This document shows, piece by piece, positions 10,519 through 21,948 of a stretch of DNA of 64,000 bases (its first letter is position 1; each line of letters starts with the position of its first letter). This stretch comes from Eukaryota sp. TZLM1-RC (Eukaryota > Protista > Metamonada: BaSk clade). A program made the translations under genes and the position numbers. The DNA is taken from assembly GCA_040285825.1 (NCBI GenBank), contig JAUPSS010000004.1:3142550-3206549 (forward strand). The letters are read 5' to 3'. The notes under the pieces are model-generated. The model was not told the DNA's origin. It searched no databases and was given only the letters and a program-made list of their open reading frames with translations.

Positions 10519-12756
10519 TTAGCCATTTTTCTTCATAAACGCTGATATTTGTGATTTTAAATCTTTTAAAGCATTATTTTTCTGCACGACTAAATTTGAA
10601 AGTCTTTGGTTTTCCACCAATAAACTATCAATTTTTGACTGATCTTCTTGTTGATTTTGACCTATCGACTTTTCTAAATGTTCCAACTTATCAAGAAATG
10701 ACATCACACTACCAACGACTGGATTAACCTTTAATACATCCAATTCAGATTGTAATTCAAAAACCCTTTGTTCTGAGCGAGCCCTCGCAATTTGAGCCTC
10801 ATTAAGCTTCTTTCTCAGTAGAGACAACTCGTTTTTGACCTCTAGTTGCACGACTTCTGCTGAATTTTCCATTTCTGTTAATGTTTTCGCATGATGTTCC
10901 CTCAGTCTTTTGATTTCTTCACAATAATGCTCCTTCACTTGGTTAACCCGTTCATCATACCTCATTTCACAAAGTCGTAAATCTCGTGTCGTCTCAGCTG
11001 TCTGGCCCCCAATCTGCTCAGTTAGTGTTTTAATTTGCGTATTTAGCAAACTTATTTTTGAATTTAATCCAGATACTTCTGTTTCACGTTCTCCAAGAGC
11101 TTGTTCTAACGACTGAATCCTCCTTTTTGAGCGTTCGTTTACTGAGTGGTAAGCGGAGTGAAGTTCATCTAGATCTTGACGTAATCTTCGAACAGTCTCC
11201 GAATCATCAGATACTTGCAATTCATCCAATCCATAAACTTGACATTCTTGGTTAATTTTTGATGGGGCAATCGATTTTGATTGATTAATTTTTGATTGAT
11301 TGGGTCTAGAGGTGTCTCTTGGTTTTGAGGTACTTGGCGCAGGTTGGGTGGCAGGTCTTCGTATTGGTTTTTCTTTTTCAGATAATTTTTTCTTCAGCAT
11401 TACAATTTGTGAATTTGCCGCAGCTAATTTAGTTTCTAATTCTCGAATTCTTTTCACCGAATAATTTTGTGGCACGGGATGCGATACTGCAGCTGGATCA
11501 GAATTTTCAAGACTTTTCAACGCATTTCTGAGCGATTCAATCATTTTATTGAGCTCATGCTTCTCCAGTTTGTGTTGTTCACTATTAATTTTAACTTGTT
11601 TTTCTGCATCTACTGCCCTCTTTTGAGCAACATCTAACTTACTACTCAGAGTATGAATTTCCTTATTTAAAGATTCATATCTATTTGTTTTAGTGGTTTT
11701 AAATTCAGAAATATTTTGCAAGAGTTTAGAATTTTCGGTTTTGAGGGAATTAATCTGAGCATCAAAGCGCTCCCGTTCTTGTTCGAAGTTGTAATTCATT
11801 CTATCAATAGTTAATCTTAATAATTCTTCTGTTTGTTTTAATTTGTTTAATTCTGATACTAATTCAAGTCTTTCTGTTTCTGCATCTTTTTGACCTCCAT
11901 TTTGAGCTATTCTTGAATTTTCCGTTGAATAGTGTGGATTTTGAGCTTGGCTTACCACTTGTTCTTGGGGGTCGAGTTGTTGTGGATTACCACATAAATC
12001 TTCTTGACTGGCTACTTCTGGTTCTACATCCTTTTGCAACGAAACTTCCTCAAATGCTTGTGATTCATTTTGGAGATTAATGCCTTTTTGAGCTTCTTTG
12101 TGACCTCGTAAAGCAGAATGTACCCTTTTTCTTGGTGAAACTGACACAAGATCAGGTTTTTTAGCTTGTAGTTCTTTCAGTTTTTCCAGTCGTGAAACAT
12201 CAAAATCGTTAGCTTCTTGCATTGTTTTCTCCTCTCCTCTCTCTTCTTCCTCAATCAAAACTTGAGCTTCATTCAGTCCTTCCTTCGCATCAAAGTTAGA
12301 GTTAGGGTTAGGGTTGGTTTGTGGTTGCTCAACTGCTAAAAGATTGTACTGAGAGAGCGGCTGTGAATCCTGGGAGATCCTAGCTTTGGAAAAGTCAGCG
12401 ATGGATGCAGAGATACTTGGTAAGGATGAAAGATTATCAGATGAGCCAAAAGTAGAGTTGTTGATGGTTGAATCTTGGGAAAGTAGAAGTCTGCGTTTAG
12501 GTTTAGGGTTATGGTTGGGTGTTTTGGAAGTAGGTCCTTTTTGGAGATTAGGTTTGATTGGAGAGCCCATGTCTGTACCGTCCTTGAGAACAGCTTCTCT
12601 AGCAAGTTCACCAGAAAGTTTGGATTCACGTGGAAGCTCAAGACTTGCTTCGGAGAGGGAAAGGTCTCCATTTAAGTTTTGAATAAAGTCATCACCAACA
12701 GAATTCTGAGCTGGATTAAGACGTTTAATAGGAGAGCTTTCAACGGGATCCTGCAT
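10519..12756 (-). CDS. Long coiled-coil protein, possibly CEP162-like centriolar protein
   Basis: Disordered N-terminus and heptad-rich C-terminus. The C-terminal pattern (YCEEIKRL..H; NPVVGSVMSFLDKLEHLE; QKNNALKDLKSQI) resembles the CEP162 C-terminus. Confidence 0.6.
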   Translation of the reverse strand: MQDPVESSPIKRLNPAQNSVGDDFIQNLNGDLSLSEASLELPRESKLSGELAREAVLKDGTDMGSPIKPNLQKGPTSKTPNHNPKPKRRLLLSQDSTINNSTFGSSDNLSSLPSISASIADFSKARISQDSQPLSQYNLLAVEQPQTNPNPNSNFDAKEGLNEAQVLIEEEERGEEKTMQEANDFDVSRLEKLKELQAKKPDLVSVSPRKRVHSALRGHKEAQKGINLQNESQAFEEVSLQKDVEPEVASQEDLCGNPQQLDPQEQVVSQAQNPHYSTENSRIAQNGGQKDAETERLELVSELNKLKQTEELLRLTIDRMNYNFEQERERFDAQINSLKTENSKLLQNISEFKTTKTNRYESLNKEIHTLSSKLDVAQKRAVDAEKQVKINSEQHKLEKHELNKMIESLRNALKSLENSDPAAVSHPVPQNYSVKRIRELETKLAAANSQIVMLKKKLSEKEKPIRRPATQPAPSTSKPRDTSRPNQSKINQSKSIAPSKINQECQVYGLDELQVSDDSETVRRLRQDLDELHSAYHSVNERSKRRIQSLEQALGERETEVSGLNSKISLLNTQIKTLTEQIGGQTAETTRDLRLCEMRYDERVNQVKEHYCEEIKRLREHHAKTLTEMENSAEVVQLEVKNELSLLRKKLNEAQIARARSEQRVFELQSELDVLKVNPVVGSVMSFLDKLEHLEKSIGQNQQEDQSKIDSLLVENQRLSNLVVQKNNALKDLKSQISAFMKKNG

Positions 12757-12877
12757 CTAGTTGAAGATGCGTTGTTCAAAGATTGAATTTTGACAATTGA
12801 CAGCATCATCTTGACCTCTCCAACCTTCCTAATAGGCTTTCAGTAGTAGCACAAACTACACATCTCCACACCTTTCA

Positions 12878-14443
12878 ATGAGTACCTATAAAGATACTAC
12901 AGAATATTGGTTTTTTCGTCGACGTTTGAAACTAGAATTGCTTAAACAACGCTATAGTCCTGAATCTGTAGCAAGTGCTTACACCAAGTGTATCAACAAG
13001 ACACCAGAGGGGCTATCACTCATCAACAAAATCTATGACAATATCTCTCAATCAACGAAATCTAAAATCTCCACTCCAATCGAAACCCATCCAGTCATTC
13101 TTTCGGCACGTCGTCGTTGGGAACGCCATGTCGTCGCAGCCCTGGAAGATCTTCGCCGTGAAAGCAAACTCCCGCTTGTAGATTCTGTCACATCCTCATC
13201 CGTTGACTTTATGTCCCTTCGTTACGTGTGGGAGCCGGAGGAACTGTTCTCCGTTCTTCAGTCTCTCTCTTCTCCTAACCGTAACAATGAACCTTCCCTA
13301 TCACCATGGGGCCTTATCAAGCTCTCTATACACGTTCCTAGCTTAACGAATCTAGCTAATGAATTCACAGAGCTCTCGCCAAACAAGTATGTTCAGATAG
13401 GGGTTGACGATTTAACATTTAATAATTCAAATAATAATTCTGTTAATTCACGTATTAAATTAGCTGCTGACGTCGCAGGGAAGCACTACCCTCCCCAGTG
13501 CCGTCATTTTTGCCGGCAAGGTGTTCCTAGCGCTTTTAGGCCACATATTTGGGCGGGGGTTTTTAGTTTCAAATTGCAAAATATAAGGGAAATTAAAACT
13601 CAAATGACTCTTGATAAGTATGTTTTTGAGTGTTTGGTGGGTAATTCTGATTCTACCATTTATTTGGTGGATCATTTAATTCAAATGGATACAACTTTTA
13701 ATTCTCAAACCGATAGTTTTTTTCCTTTTGAAGAGAGAATCGTCAACATTTTAAGTGCTTTTAACAGAGATGGTAGAGTTGCCGAGAAGTGCCAGGAAGT
13801 AAAAACATCATTTATAGAGCAACCATGTTTGGTTAGAAATTCAAAAGACTCGCCCCGTGGAAAAATTTCAAAAATTTCCAACTTTGATAAAACCAATTCA
13901 GACCAGCAGAGTTTTAATTCTAATAAAGCTGAAACCATCAACTATCCACCAAGCGGAGTCATCCCTTTTAAGGGTATTTCACTGTTTGCGGCACCTTTCT
14001 GCTTTTTATCGTCAGAGGAAGGAATTTGTTATGAGCTGTTTAGAAACGTTTATTGCCATTATTTCAGCAAATTAACATGTATTTCTGGTAATTCACAGTG
14101 TATTCTGGGACTCTGTAAAGCCTTTGAATCTTTTTTGTTGGAAAAAGAGATTGAATTATTTACTTTTCTTTTAGAAAAAGAGATTCAGCCTTTAACTATT
14201 GCTTTTTCTTGGATGTTCTATGGTTTTGTTAACTACATTACCATTGATCAGTTTTTTCTACTTTGGGACAGGATTATTGGTTTTGATGATTTAATTTTCT
14301 TGCCTTTACTAGCTGCTGCCATATTTAGTTTTAGGAAGGAACGAATTTTAAAATGTTCAAATGATGAAGAAATTTATGAAATTTTCGAAGATGGGACACA
14401 GTTAATCGTTATTCCATTAATTCAAAATTTTATTTTTAATTAA
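12878..14443 (+). CDS. TBC1D19: TBC1 domain family member 19 (Rab-GAP-like)
   Basis: PWGLIKL..P.L..L..EF.EL.P..QIGVDD, GVPSAFRPHIW, FFPFEE, YPPSGVIPFKG..AAPFC, LLWDRIIGFDDL..LPLLAAAIF.FR. Confidence 0.85.
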   Translation: MSTYKDTTEYWFFRRRLKLELLKQRYSPESVASAYTKCINKTPEGLSLINKIYDNISQSTKSKISTPIETHPVILSARRRWERHVVAALEDLRRESKLPLVDSVTSSSVDFMSLRYVWEPEELFSVLQSLSSPNRNNEPSLSPWGLIKLSIHVPSLTNLANEFTELSPNKYVQIGVDDLTFNNSNNNSVNSRIKLAADVAGKHYPPQCRHFCRQGVPSAFRPHIWAGVFSFKLQNIREIKTQMTLDKYVFECLVGNSDSTIYLVDHLIQMDTTFNSQTDSFFPFEERIVNILSAFNRDGRVAEKCQEVKTSFIEQPCLVRNSKDSPRGKISKISNFDKTNSDQQSFNSNKAETINYPPSGVIPFKGISLFAAPFCFLSSEEGICYELFRNVYCHYFSKLTCISGNSQCILGLCKAFESFLLEKEIELFTFLLEKEIQPLTIAFSWMFYGFVNYITIDQFFLLWDRIIGFDDLIFLPLLAAAIFSFRKERILKCSNDEEIYEIFEDGTQLIVIPLIQNFIFN

Positions 14444-14649
14444 TTTTTTTCAATTAGTATATTTTAAAATCAAGAACGATGGCGACAAGTTTTTAGTCAA
14501 ATAAATTAATTTAAGTTTTTTTTATCAAATGAATTATTTTATCAAACTAAATCAAACCGTAATGGCGAAATTTTAAATTAAATTCATTTTAAATTCTTAA
14601 CTTTTTCACAACTTTTGAACACACAACATAATATAAGCAAAATTTTTCA

Positions 14650-14780
14650 ATTATATTGTTTTTAAGGGAATGGTAAAACTAATTTCTGATTCACTCTCTT
14701 CTTTTGGGAAATATTCTGAATCTTTGGCAATTAATAGTTTTGAAGTTGGGGAGGCAGGTTTTGAGGATGTCGAGTTTAAA
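14650..14780 (+). mobile_element. CRE-like 3' end (family F)
   Basis: Translates FKGMVKLISDSLSSFGKYSESLAINSFEVGEAGFEDVEF, homologous to the C-termini of families C/D. Confidence 0.5.
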
Positions 14781-14902
14781 TTGTATATATTATGTTTTCA
14801 TATTTGTTGTTGAATAAAATAATTGAAAAAATTTCCCAAAACATGATGTTTGACTGACACTGTAGTAGTTTTATCTACTGTATTTTTATTGAAAAAAAAA
14901 TT

Positions 14903-15025
14903 CTATCTAATATTCAATATCCTCCAAACAAGCATCACTATTACTAAACCTACTCACAGCATTTCGTTCATACTCTACACCAATAGCTAAAAGAGCTTTA
15001 AAAATCATTGTTGGAATAGACTTGA
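14903..15025 (-). mobile_element. CRE-like 3' end (family E), second copy at 48476-48596
   Basis: ~120-bp repeat; translates KSIPTMI..LLAIGV.YERNAVS...ACLEDIEY*. Confidence 0.55.
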
Positions 15026-15087
15026 AAATTCAAAAAACAACTGTAGTAGTTGTCACATAGAACTTTTTTTAAACTTACACATTTATA

Positions 15088-15901
15088 AAATTAATTCATA
15101 ACTAATGGGACGAAATTCATTGATCCAAGATTTCCTCTACAAAATCTTGATCTGCTTGCTGTCTAGCTAAAGCTTCTCTAATTCGATTGAAAAACCGAGG
15201 TAATCTATTAATAATGGCAAATTGAATTCGAGAGTGCCATAAAAAGATATCAAATCTTTCCATTGTTTTTTCTGTGATATCTCTGTCATATTTTCTATGT
15301 TTTTCTTTAGCTTTAAATTCCAGAGCACTTACAGGATTAAGTTTTCTTCTGTGAACCAAAGTGTCATTTACAACATTACATGAGACAAAGTCAACAATAG
15401 CTTTAGAATTATCAATCCAATCACAGTAATCATCACCTCTATCATCAGAACCGAAATTATTCAATGACAGTGTTTCGTTCAGCAGAGGCTCTTTGATAGA
15501 CGATATTCTTGCAGTTTGTGCCATATTGAAAACAGTGTCTCTAACAGCATCATGTAATGAAGAACGACAAGTTATCAATTTAGAGCAATTCAGAGCATGG
15601 CGTAAAGTGAGCTGAGGTGAATTCGAACAAATACATTTTTCTTTTGATAATAATTGATTAATGGGGATATTCAAATATAATCTCATTTTTGTTACAAATG
15701 CTTCATTAGTGGCACACAATCCAAATCTTCGTGATACAATAGTTACAAAAAGTGAAAAATCTGATGACTTGCTTTCACAAAAACCTTTTTCCAATAACAA
15801 TGAATGAAGAACTTGATTTAAAACAACCAAGCTGCATATATTATTATAAAGATCTTTTTTATACATTCCAGTCAATCGTTTCTGTAATGTTCCTCGTAAA
15901 T
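15088..15901 (-). mobile_element. CRE-like family A, 5'-truncated, internally deleted
   Basis: CICSNSPQLTLRHALNC zinc knuckle, HDAVRD, EP, RGD, KEKHRKY (RLE); lacks a segment present in other copies. Confidence 0.9.
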
Positions 15902-16056
15902 GTAATGTTGTCACATAAGAATCAACAAATTCACACACAGCCAAATCTATAACATTGTTAAAAAAGGTAAAAAACGATTTGATTCATTTATTAATAGCAA
16001 AAAAGCGTTGAAAAACACCAAAATAAATTAAATAAAATTAAATAAAACCAAATAAA

Positions 16057-17337
16057 TCAAGCAGTTGTGTTCATGCTTGTCTTACCATCACGAACACTAA
16101 ACTTACTAATAGTTAAAGGTTTATCTCCACTGACCAATGATTTGCCTGCAACTTGATTTTTACAGGCAAAGTTAAACCATTTAGTTCCTTCAAAAGCAGT
16201 GAAAATGACTTCAACATTGGAAAAACTTAATTTAAAACAAAATTGTTTATACATAAATGGAAATAAAAGACCTTCAAACGAATATTTAATACTTCGGATA
16301 ACGTTATTTGATTGAGCTTGATTGATTACTTTCCGATCGAATAGAACATGTCGGTTTAAAACACTATAATCAAAAATAAATTCATTTGAAGCAAAAAACA
16401 TGGGATAATACACTGAAAAGGAGTGACAAATTGATTCAAAAAATTGAGAGATTCCTTCTTGGTTAATCAAGTATAGTGAATGCTTATGGTTTGAAACAAG
16501 TTTTTCCACATAGTCTCCAGTTAAATTAAACTCACCAAAAACAAGTAATAAAAGTTCCATTTCCTTATTAGTATTCTTTCCAATTCTACAAATAATGGAA
16601 ACTTCCCTCGTACTAAATTTATAAAGGCACAAATAGCAATAAGAATTGCAAAAAACATTCTTTGATTGATTATTAATAATTGAATGCCAAACATTTTTGA
16701 ATTCCTGAATAACTAAATCTGGCAATTCATTCAAGGTGTTGAACACAGAGAATAACCCAGCTGATGGCCAAGATCTGAAGTGGAGTGGTTCTAGGAGGCC
16801 GGGTTCGTTAATAGCATCCAGGTCAATGTTTTTAATAACAACTACCATTCGTTTTTTAATGGAGAAATCATCATTAATTGAGAAATTAGGATGAAAATTG
16901 TTGAATTGAACAGGTTTCGGAGCCATAATTGGTGTAAATGACGAGTTTGACGATGGAAAAAGATGGGAAATCTTGCGGTCCACGGAAGGAGCAGGACTGC
17001 ATTGAACCGGGAGAGGTGCAGAGACTGGACGTGGGGAGGGAGAGTTGGCAACTATTTGTCTGTATTGAGAGGACAATGGGAGTGGACGTGAAATGGAGGC
17101 AGAGGGGGGTCTATTGTCAGGTTCATTGGGATATTCAGTGGTGTCAATTGGGCAAAAGGCAGAGGCAGCACGATCAGTGAAGGAAAGAGAAGCGAGAGTG
17201 AGAGGTGTGGGAGTTCGACTTGAGAATACTCGGGACGATGGGGAAGGAATAGGGGTCGCAGCTCTTACGGTGGGTGTTTGTACACATGACCTACGTTTAG
17301 CGGATGCAGTGACGAGCGGTGGTGGACTCTTGAACAT
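16057..17337 (-). CDS. DONSON-like replication factor (likely start ATG 17337)
   Basis: Ser/Pro-rich N-terminus, then blocks resembling DONSON: EFKNVWHSI..CNSYCYLC, SLYLI..EG, YPMFFASNEF, YSFEGLLFP, FEGTKWFN. Confidence 0.55.
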   Translation of the reverse strand: MFKSPPPLVTASAKRRSCVQTPTVRAATPIPSPSSRVFSSRTPTPLTLASLSFTDRAASAFCPIDTTEYPNEPDNRPPSASISRPLPLSSQYRQIVANSPSPRPVSAPLPVQCSPAPSVDRKISHLFPSSNSSFTPIMAPKPVQFNNFHPNFSINDDFSIKKRMVVVIKNIDLDAINEPGLLEPLHFRSWPSAGLFSVFNTLNELPDLVIQEFKNVWHSIINNQSKNVFCNSYCYLCLYKFSTREVSIICRIGKNTNKEMELLLLVFGEFNLTGDYVEKLVSNHKHSLYLINQEGISQFFESICHSFSVYYPMFFASNEFIFDYSVLNRHVLFDRKVINQAQSNNVIRSIKYSFEGLLFPFMYKQFCFKLSFSNVEVIFTAFEGTKWFNFACKNQVAGKSLVSGDKPLTISKFSVRDGKTSMNTTA

Positions 17338-17645
17338 TAAAAAACCCAGCAATTGAAGCTCAATTGAGACTCAATTTTAATTGATTATATATTTTAAGAA
17401 AAGTATACAATGCTAAACATACCAAAACTACTATTGTTGAATCAGTTTGTCCCTTGTATGATGAACTTTAATAAATTTATAAAATTTTCAATAACCTTCT
17501 ATAGAAGATTCTCATGCTGACAATTTACGGGACAAACTTAAAAATTGCAAAAGAAATGAAGATCTGTGGATCAAATCACTTGATCCTACAATTCAACCAG
17601 CGCACAAAATAAATTTAGCACTACAAAAACCAGGATTGGTCTCCG

Positions 17646-19250
17646 ACTTAATTTACTTAAATGTGTTTTGTTATCGAATTCTCCAGTTTCCACAATAATT
17701 GATGATATTGAAATTCAAGCCAAATTATATTCAATTGATGCTATTCGTCATTTGGGTTCGTTTTTAGGAAATAATGATGAAATTACCAAAAAATTGTTTG
17801 AAAAGTTGAACTCAATTTCTGACAAAATTGACCGAATGATGAATTTAGATATAAAAAAACACATCAAATTTACCATTATAAGACTGTGTTTTAGTTCCAT
17901 TTTTAATCATATATTTCGATCTACAAATCCTCTCGTCACTAGACCTTTGGCTCAAAAGTTTAATGAGTTACGTGCAAAAGTTCTGTCTCAATTACTGGGA
18001 TGTAAAATGTTTCAAATTCCAGTTCATGCTTACCTTAGTCCACATTATGGTGGTTTAGGGTGGACGAAGGCTTCTATTCTTACCTCGTGTGCTTTTGTTG
18101 GTGGATGCAGAAATGCAATCTTTGAGTTTTCTGAAAGATTTGCAGATTGGAAAGATTTATTGATGACAACGCAAAGTTCCACTGTTTTTGCATTAAATGA
18201 AGAAATTTCAAGAATTGATGTAGAAAAATGGGGTCGATGTTTTCCCCAATCATTCAATGGCAATATTCCAGAAAAAAATGTTTTAAATTTGAAGTACACT
18301 CTTCGAACATTACAGAAAAGATTGAATGGAATGTATGAAAAAGATCTTTATAATAATGTTTGCAGCTCGGCTGTTTTAAATCAAGATCTTCACTCATTGT
18401 TATTGGAAAAAGGTGTTTGTGAAAACAAGTCGTCAGATTCTTCACTTTTTGTAACAATTGTACCACGAAGATTTGGATTGTGTGCCACTAATGAAGCATT
18501 TGTAACAAAAATGAGATTATATTTGAACATCCCCATTAACCAATTATTATCAAAAGAAAAATGTATTTGTTCGAATTCACCTCAACTCACTTTGCGCCAT
18601 GCTCTAAATTGCTCTAAATTGATAACTTATCGTTCTTCATTACATGATGCTGTTAGAGACACTGTTTTCCATATGGCACAAACTGCAAGGATATCGTGTA
18701 TCAAAGAGCCTCTGCTGAAGGGAACACTTTCTCTGAATAATTTTGGTTCTGATGATAGAGGTGATGTGTACTGTGATTGGATTGATAATTCTGAAGCTAT
18801 TGTTGACTTTGTCTCATGTAATGTTGCAAATGATACTTTGGTTCACAGAAGAAAACTTAATCCGGTGGCTGCTCTGGATTTTAAAGCAAAAGAGAAACAT
18901 AGAAAATATGATAAAGATATTGAAGAGGCAAATGTCGATAGAAATACCCAGCTGGTTTTTATTGCTTTCCCATTTTCGATAAATGGAAGATTATCAGTTG
19001 AAGCAGAAACTTTTTTGGATGACTTCCAAAAAATGGTGCAAGAAAAAACAATGAAAAGATTTGATATTTTTTATGGCGTTCACGGATTCAATTTGCCATT
19101 ATTAATAGATTACCGCGGTCTTTCAATCGAATTAGAGAAGCTTTAGCTAGTCAGCAAGCAAATCAAGATTTTGTAGAGGAAATCTTGGTTCAATGATAGT
19201 CGTCCCATTAGTTATGATTTAATTTAATCAAGTGTGCAAATTCAATAAAT
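17646..19250 (+). mobile_element. CRE-like non-LTR retrotransposon family A, 5'-truncated (RT thumb, CCHC, RLE)
   Basis: ORF 17668-19146: RHLGSFLG, NHIFRS, P.YGGLG, CICS..H..C, HDAVRD, RGD, KEKHRKY. One-base loss in the T-run near 19070 shifts the C-terminus. 3' UTR ends in AATAAA. Confidence 0.9.
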
Positions 19251-19329
19251 ACAATATTGTTCAAAAACCAGGATTTGGAATAAATAAAAAAATTTGTATA
19301 AGATTATTTACAAAAAGATTATTTATAAT

Positions 19330-19900
19330 TGAATCATGTCTAGAATTTTAGATCTATTGTGTATTTCGTGGATTTGATAACTTCAACAACTGCATCAAAT
19401 GTGGCACAATGTAGTAGATCCAGATTGAGTTAATGAGCACACAGAAGACAATAGTTCAGATCCATCAGGAATTTTCCGACAGCTTTTCCATCTAAAAATA
19501 TTGCCAGCAGTTATTACGCAGAATTAATTGCAAATTTAATGAATCTAGGAGGTAGCTTAATCCAGATGGACAGCCAATGATAATCATTGTGCAATTTTTT
19601 CGGAGTTTGATCTGAGTTATAGCATATGGCATTATTCATTGAGGATTGTACTTTGCACTCCATGAATGTTTTGATTCTTCTTTGAATTTCGTCATTTTTG
19701 AATTTGGAAAAAATTTTTCTACGAATTTGGGTATTTGTCAATCGAATGATCTCTTCATCCGGTAAAGCATATTTCAAAAATTTTTTGTTTGAAATTTTGT
19801 TTTCATATAGATATTCATCAATATTTCAATAACACCTCTCAAATCAGGATCGATCAAAATTATACAGAATTTGACACCAGAGTTTCTTATGAGAATAATG
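19330..19900 (-). mobile_element. Degenerate NeSL/HERO-like non-LTR retrotransposon fragment (pre-zinc-knuckle region)
   Basis: HWLSIWIKLPPRFIKFAINSA followed by broken NYCLLC..H pattern, typical of RLE elements. Confidence 0.45.
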
Positions 19901-20024
19901 TTCAAGTATGGTTTAAGTGAAAAAAACATTTAAAAAAATTTAACCAAAACACCAAAAACCAAACTTTCGAGCAAACAAAAAAAATTAAACTCAAAAATAT
20001 CAAAACATTATCAAAAATTATAAA

Positions 20025-20818
20025 TCAACTACTCATACTATCATTACAAGTGTTAAACAAATCTGTAATCACCCTAGTTCCCAAAACAACTAAATCACAA
20101 AAAGAATCCACTCCAAATGAAGAACTTCCTCTTTTCTGAATCATGCTCAACCCTCCCTTCTCTACACCCACACACACTACACTTCCCATGACTTCATCTA
20201 GCTCTTCCTCCAATGGATCAGCAATGAATACATTCTGATAGTGATACAATGTACAGCTGAGCGGTATGCTACTACAGTCAAGGGTCATTGGAGGGGAACC
20301 TTGACTGAGGACTGGAGTGTTCAAAGACGATAAATGAACTACTGGAAGCTTGGTATTCTGAAGGGCGAATCGACTTGCCAGAAAGCAACCATCTTCCAAT
20401 GACCCATCTATTGACAATACACAAATGTCAATGTACAAATCCCAAACAGTAGACTCATCAATGATTAAACTAGTAGAGTGGAGGGAGGAGAAAAAGGAAT
20501 CCGAGTTGGTTCCACAATAAGACGATGTTATGAGTGACTCCAGGTCTCTTTCCCGCTGTTTGTACATTATGTTACGACCAGCATAAGCTTGATCACTGAG
20601 GTGAGGAAAGAATAGACAAACAAGTTGACATTGACATGAAGTGATCCTGATTGGTAACCTGTAGTTGGAGAGCCTATTTCACCTTTAACAGAAGCTAATA
20701 TTTCTGTATTGCCCAGGCAAAGTCGACAAGATCCCATTGATACTGGAAGGACGTTAAAAGAATAGTGAAACGGTCTAAAATCAAGAGGATTACGTCCATC
20801 ATTACGAATAAGAGCCAT
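20025..20818 (-). CDS. RRP42: Exosome RNase PH subunit Rrp42/EXOSC7-like; two exons, intron 20596-20621
   Basis: RNDGRNPLDFRP, GSCRLCLGNTEILASVKGEIGSP, WDLYIDICVLSIDGSL.D, ALQNTKLP, IADP.EEE. A 26-nt GTTTGT...CTCACCTCAG intron restores the frame. Confidence 0.8.
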
Positions 20819-20879
20819 TCTTACAGATTTTGTCTATAACAATGGAAGATGTAGAGGAACTGAGTTTCTTTGAAGTGAA

Positions 20880-21362
20880 TTCGTTCCTTAAACCTTAAAT
20901 GTTAGTTAAACCTTCCTTTTTGAATCTTCAACAACATTGTCTCTTTGTGGGAATATTGGTCCATCTTCACCATTTGGCTTTAACATACTGGTGATAAAAT
21001 TCTCACAATGTTCCTTATCGAGCTCTATGTAATTCTTCTTGTGTCATCAGCATAAGTGAACTTTCCCCTCAATTTAAGAAGTTACCACCAGTTAAGTGAT
21101 TTGTTTGAAGGTATCGTCAGGATTTAACTCAAAAAGGTGTCAACAAAACCCACACACAACACAAATATTCCAATCCAATTGTAGAAATTTCCTGATTTTC
21201 TCTCTCATCCATCAGATCAATCATTTTGGATTTATTTTTGACATTTTTTACTGCCCTGTCAACCCGTTTAACATAGGACAGATTTTTGAAGGTACGACCA
21301 TCATTACTGATTGAGACCAACTGATGTGTGTAATAATTCTTTTGAACCATTAGCTCAGTCAT
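20880..21362 (-). pseudogene. Possible decayed LRAT/NC-domain (permuted NlpC/P60) gene
   Basis: YTHQLVSISNDG near the start and NYIELDKEHCENF (NCEHF-like) in another frame; several stops and frameshifts. Confidence 0.25.
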
Positions 21363-21725
21363 AATATAAAAACCCTTTATCTTTTGCCGAAAGTTCTAAA
21401 ATTGATAAATATAAAGCAAAGTTGCTATCCTTGAATGTTGAATCTCACACTCATTGAGTCCTTTATACATTCGCTTTTTGCTTAAAATAGCACGCTTGGA
21501 CCACTTGCTTTATCTTTCTTGGATGATTTCGTTGAAATTGTAAAACAACAACCAGAATGAATTTTTGACAAAATGTTTTGGCAGAACAGAATTGTATTTT
21601 CTATTTTTAAAGGTGTTGTTCCCTTATTGTCTTCTGCTTTATTATTTCTGGGTCGTTTTTATGAAGGAAAAAGTTCCAGTCAATTCTTTTTGGCTGATTT
21701 GGAATATGAAAATTTAGAATTTTAA
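21360..21725 (+). mobile_element. CRE-like family C 3' end
   Basis: LGPLALSFLDDF.EIVK..FDKMFWQNRIVFSIFKG..; repeated at 27440-27800 and 28040-28100. Confidence 0.65.
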
Positions 21726-21948
21726 TTTTGTTGTTGTGTTTTTTTAAATCAATTTGTATAAAGAACCTGCCAACTATCATAAGCTGTTTGCTTAACTGTT
21801 TCCCCGACTTTGTGATTTCAAAAGTGTCCCTGAGATAATCACATCAACCTCGGTTGTTTTTGGGGACAGAACAAATCTGAGAAGAAGTGAATTTCCCTTC
21901 TATATCTAATTCTATTCCTCTGAGCTATCAGCTCAATTTTAGTTTAGC

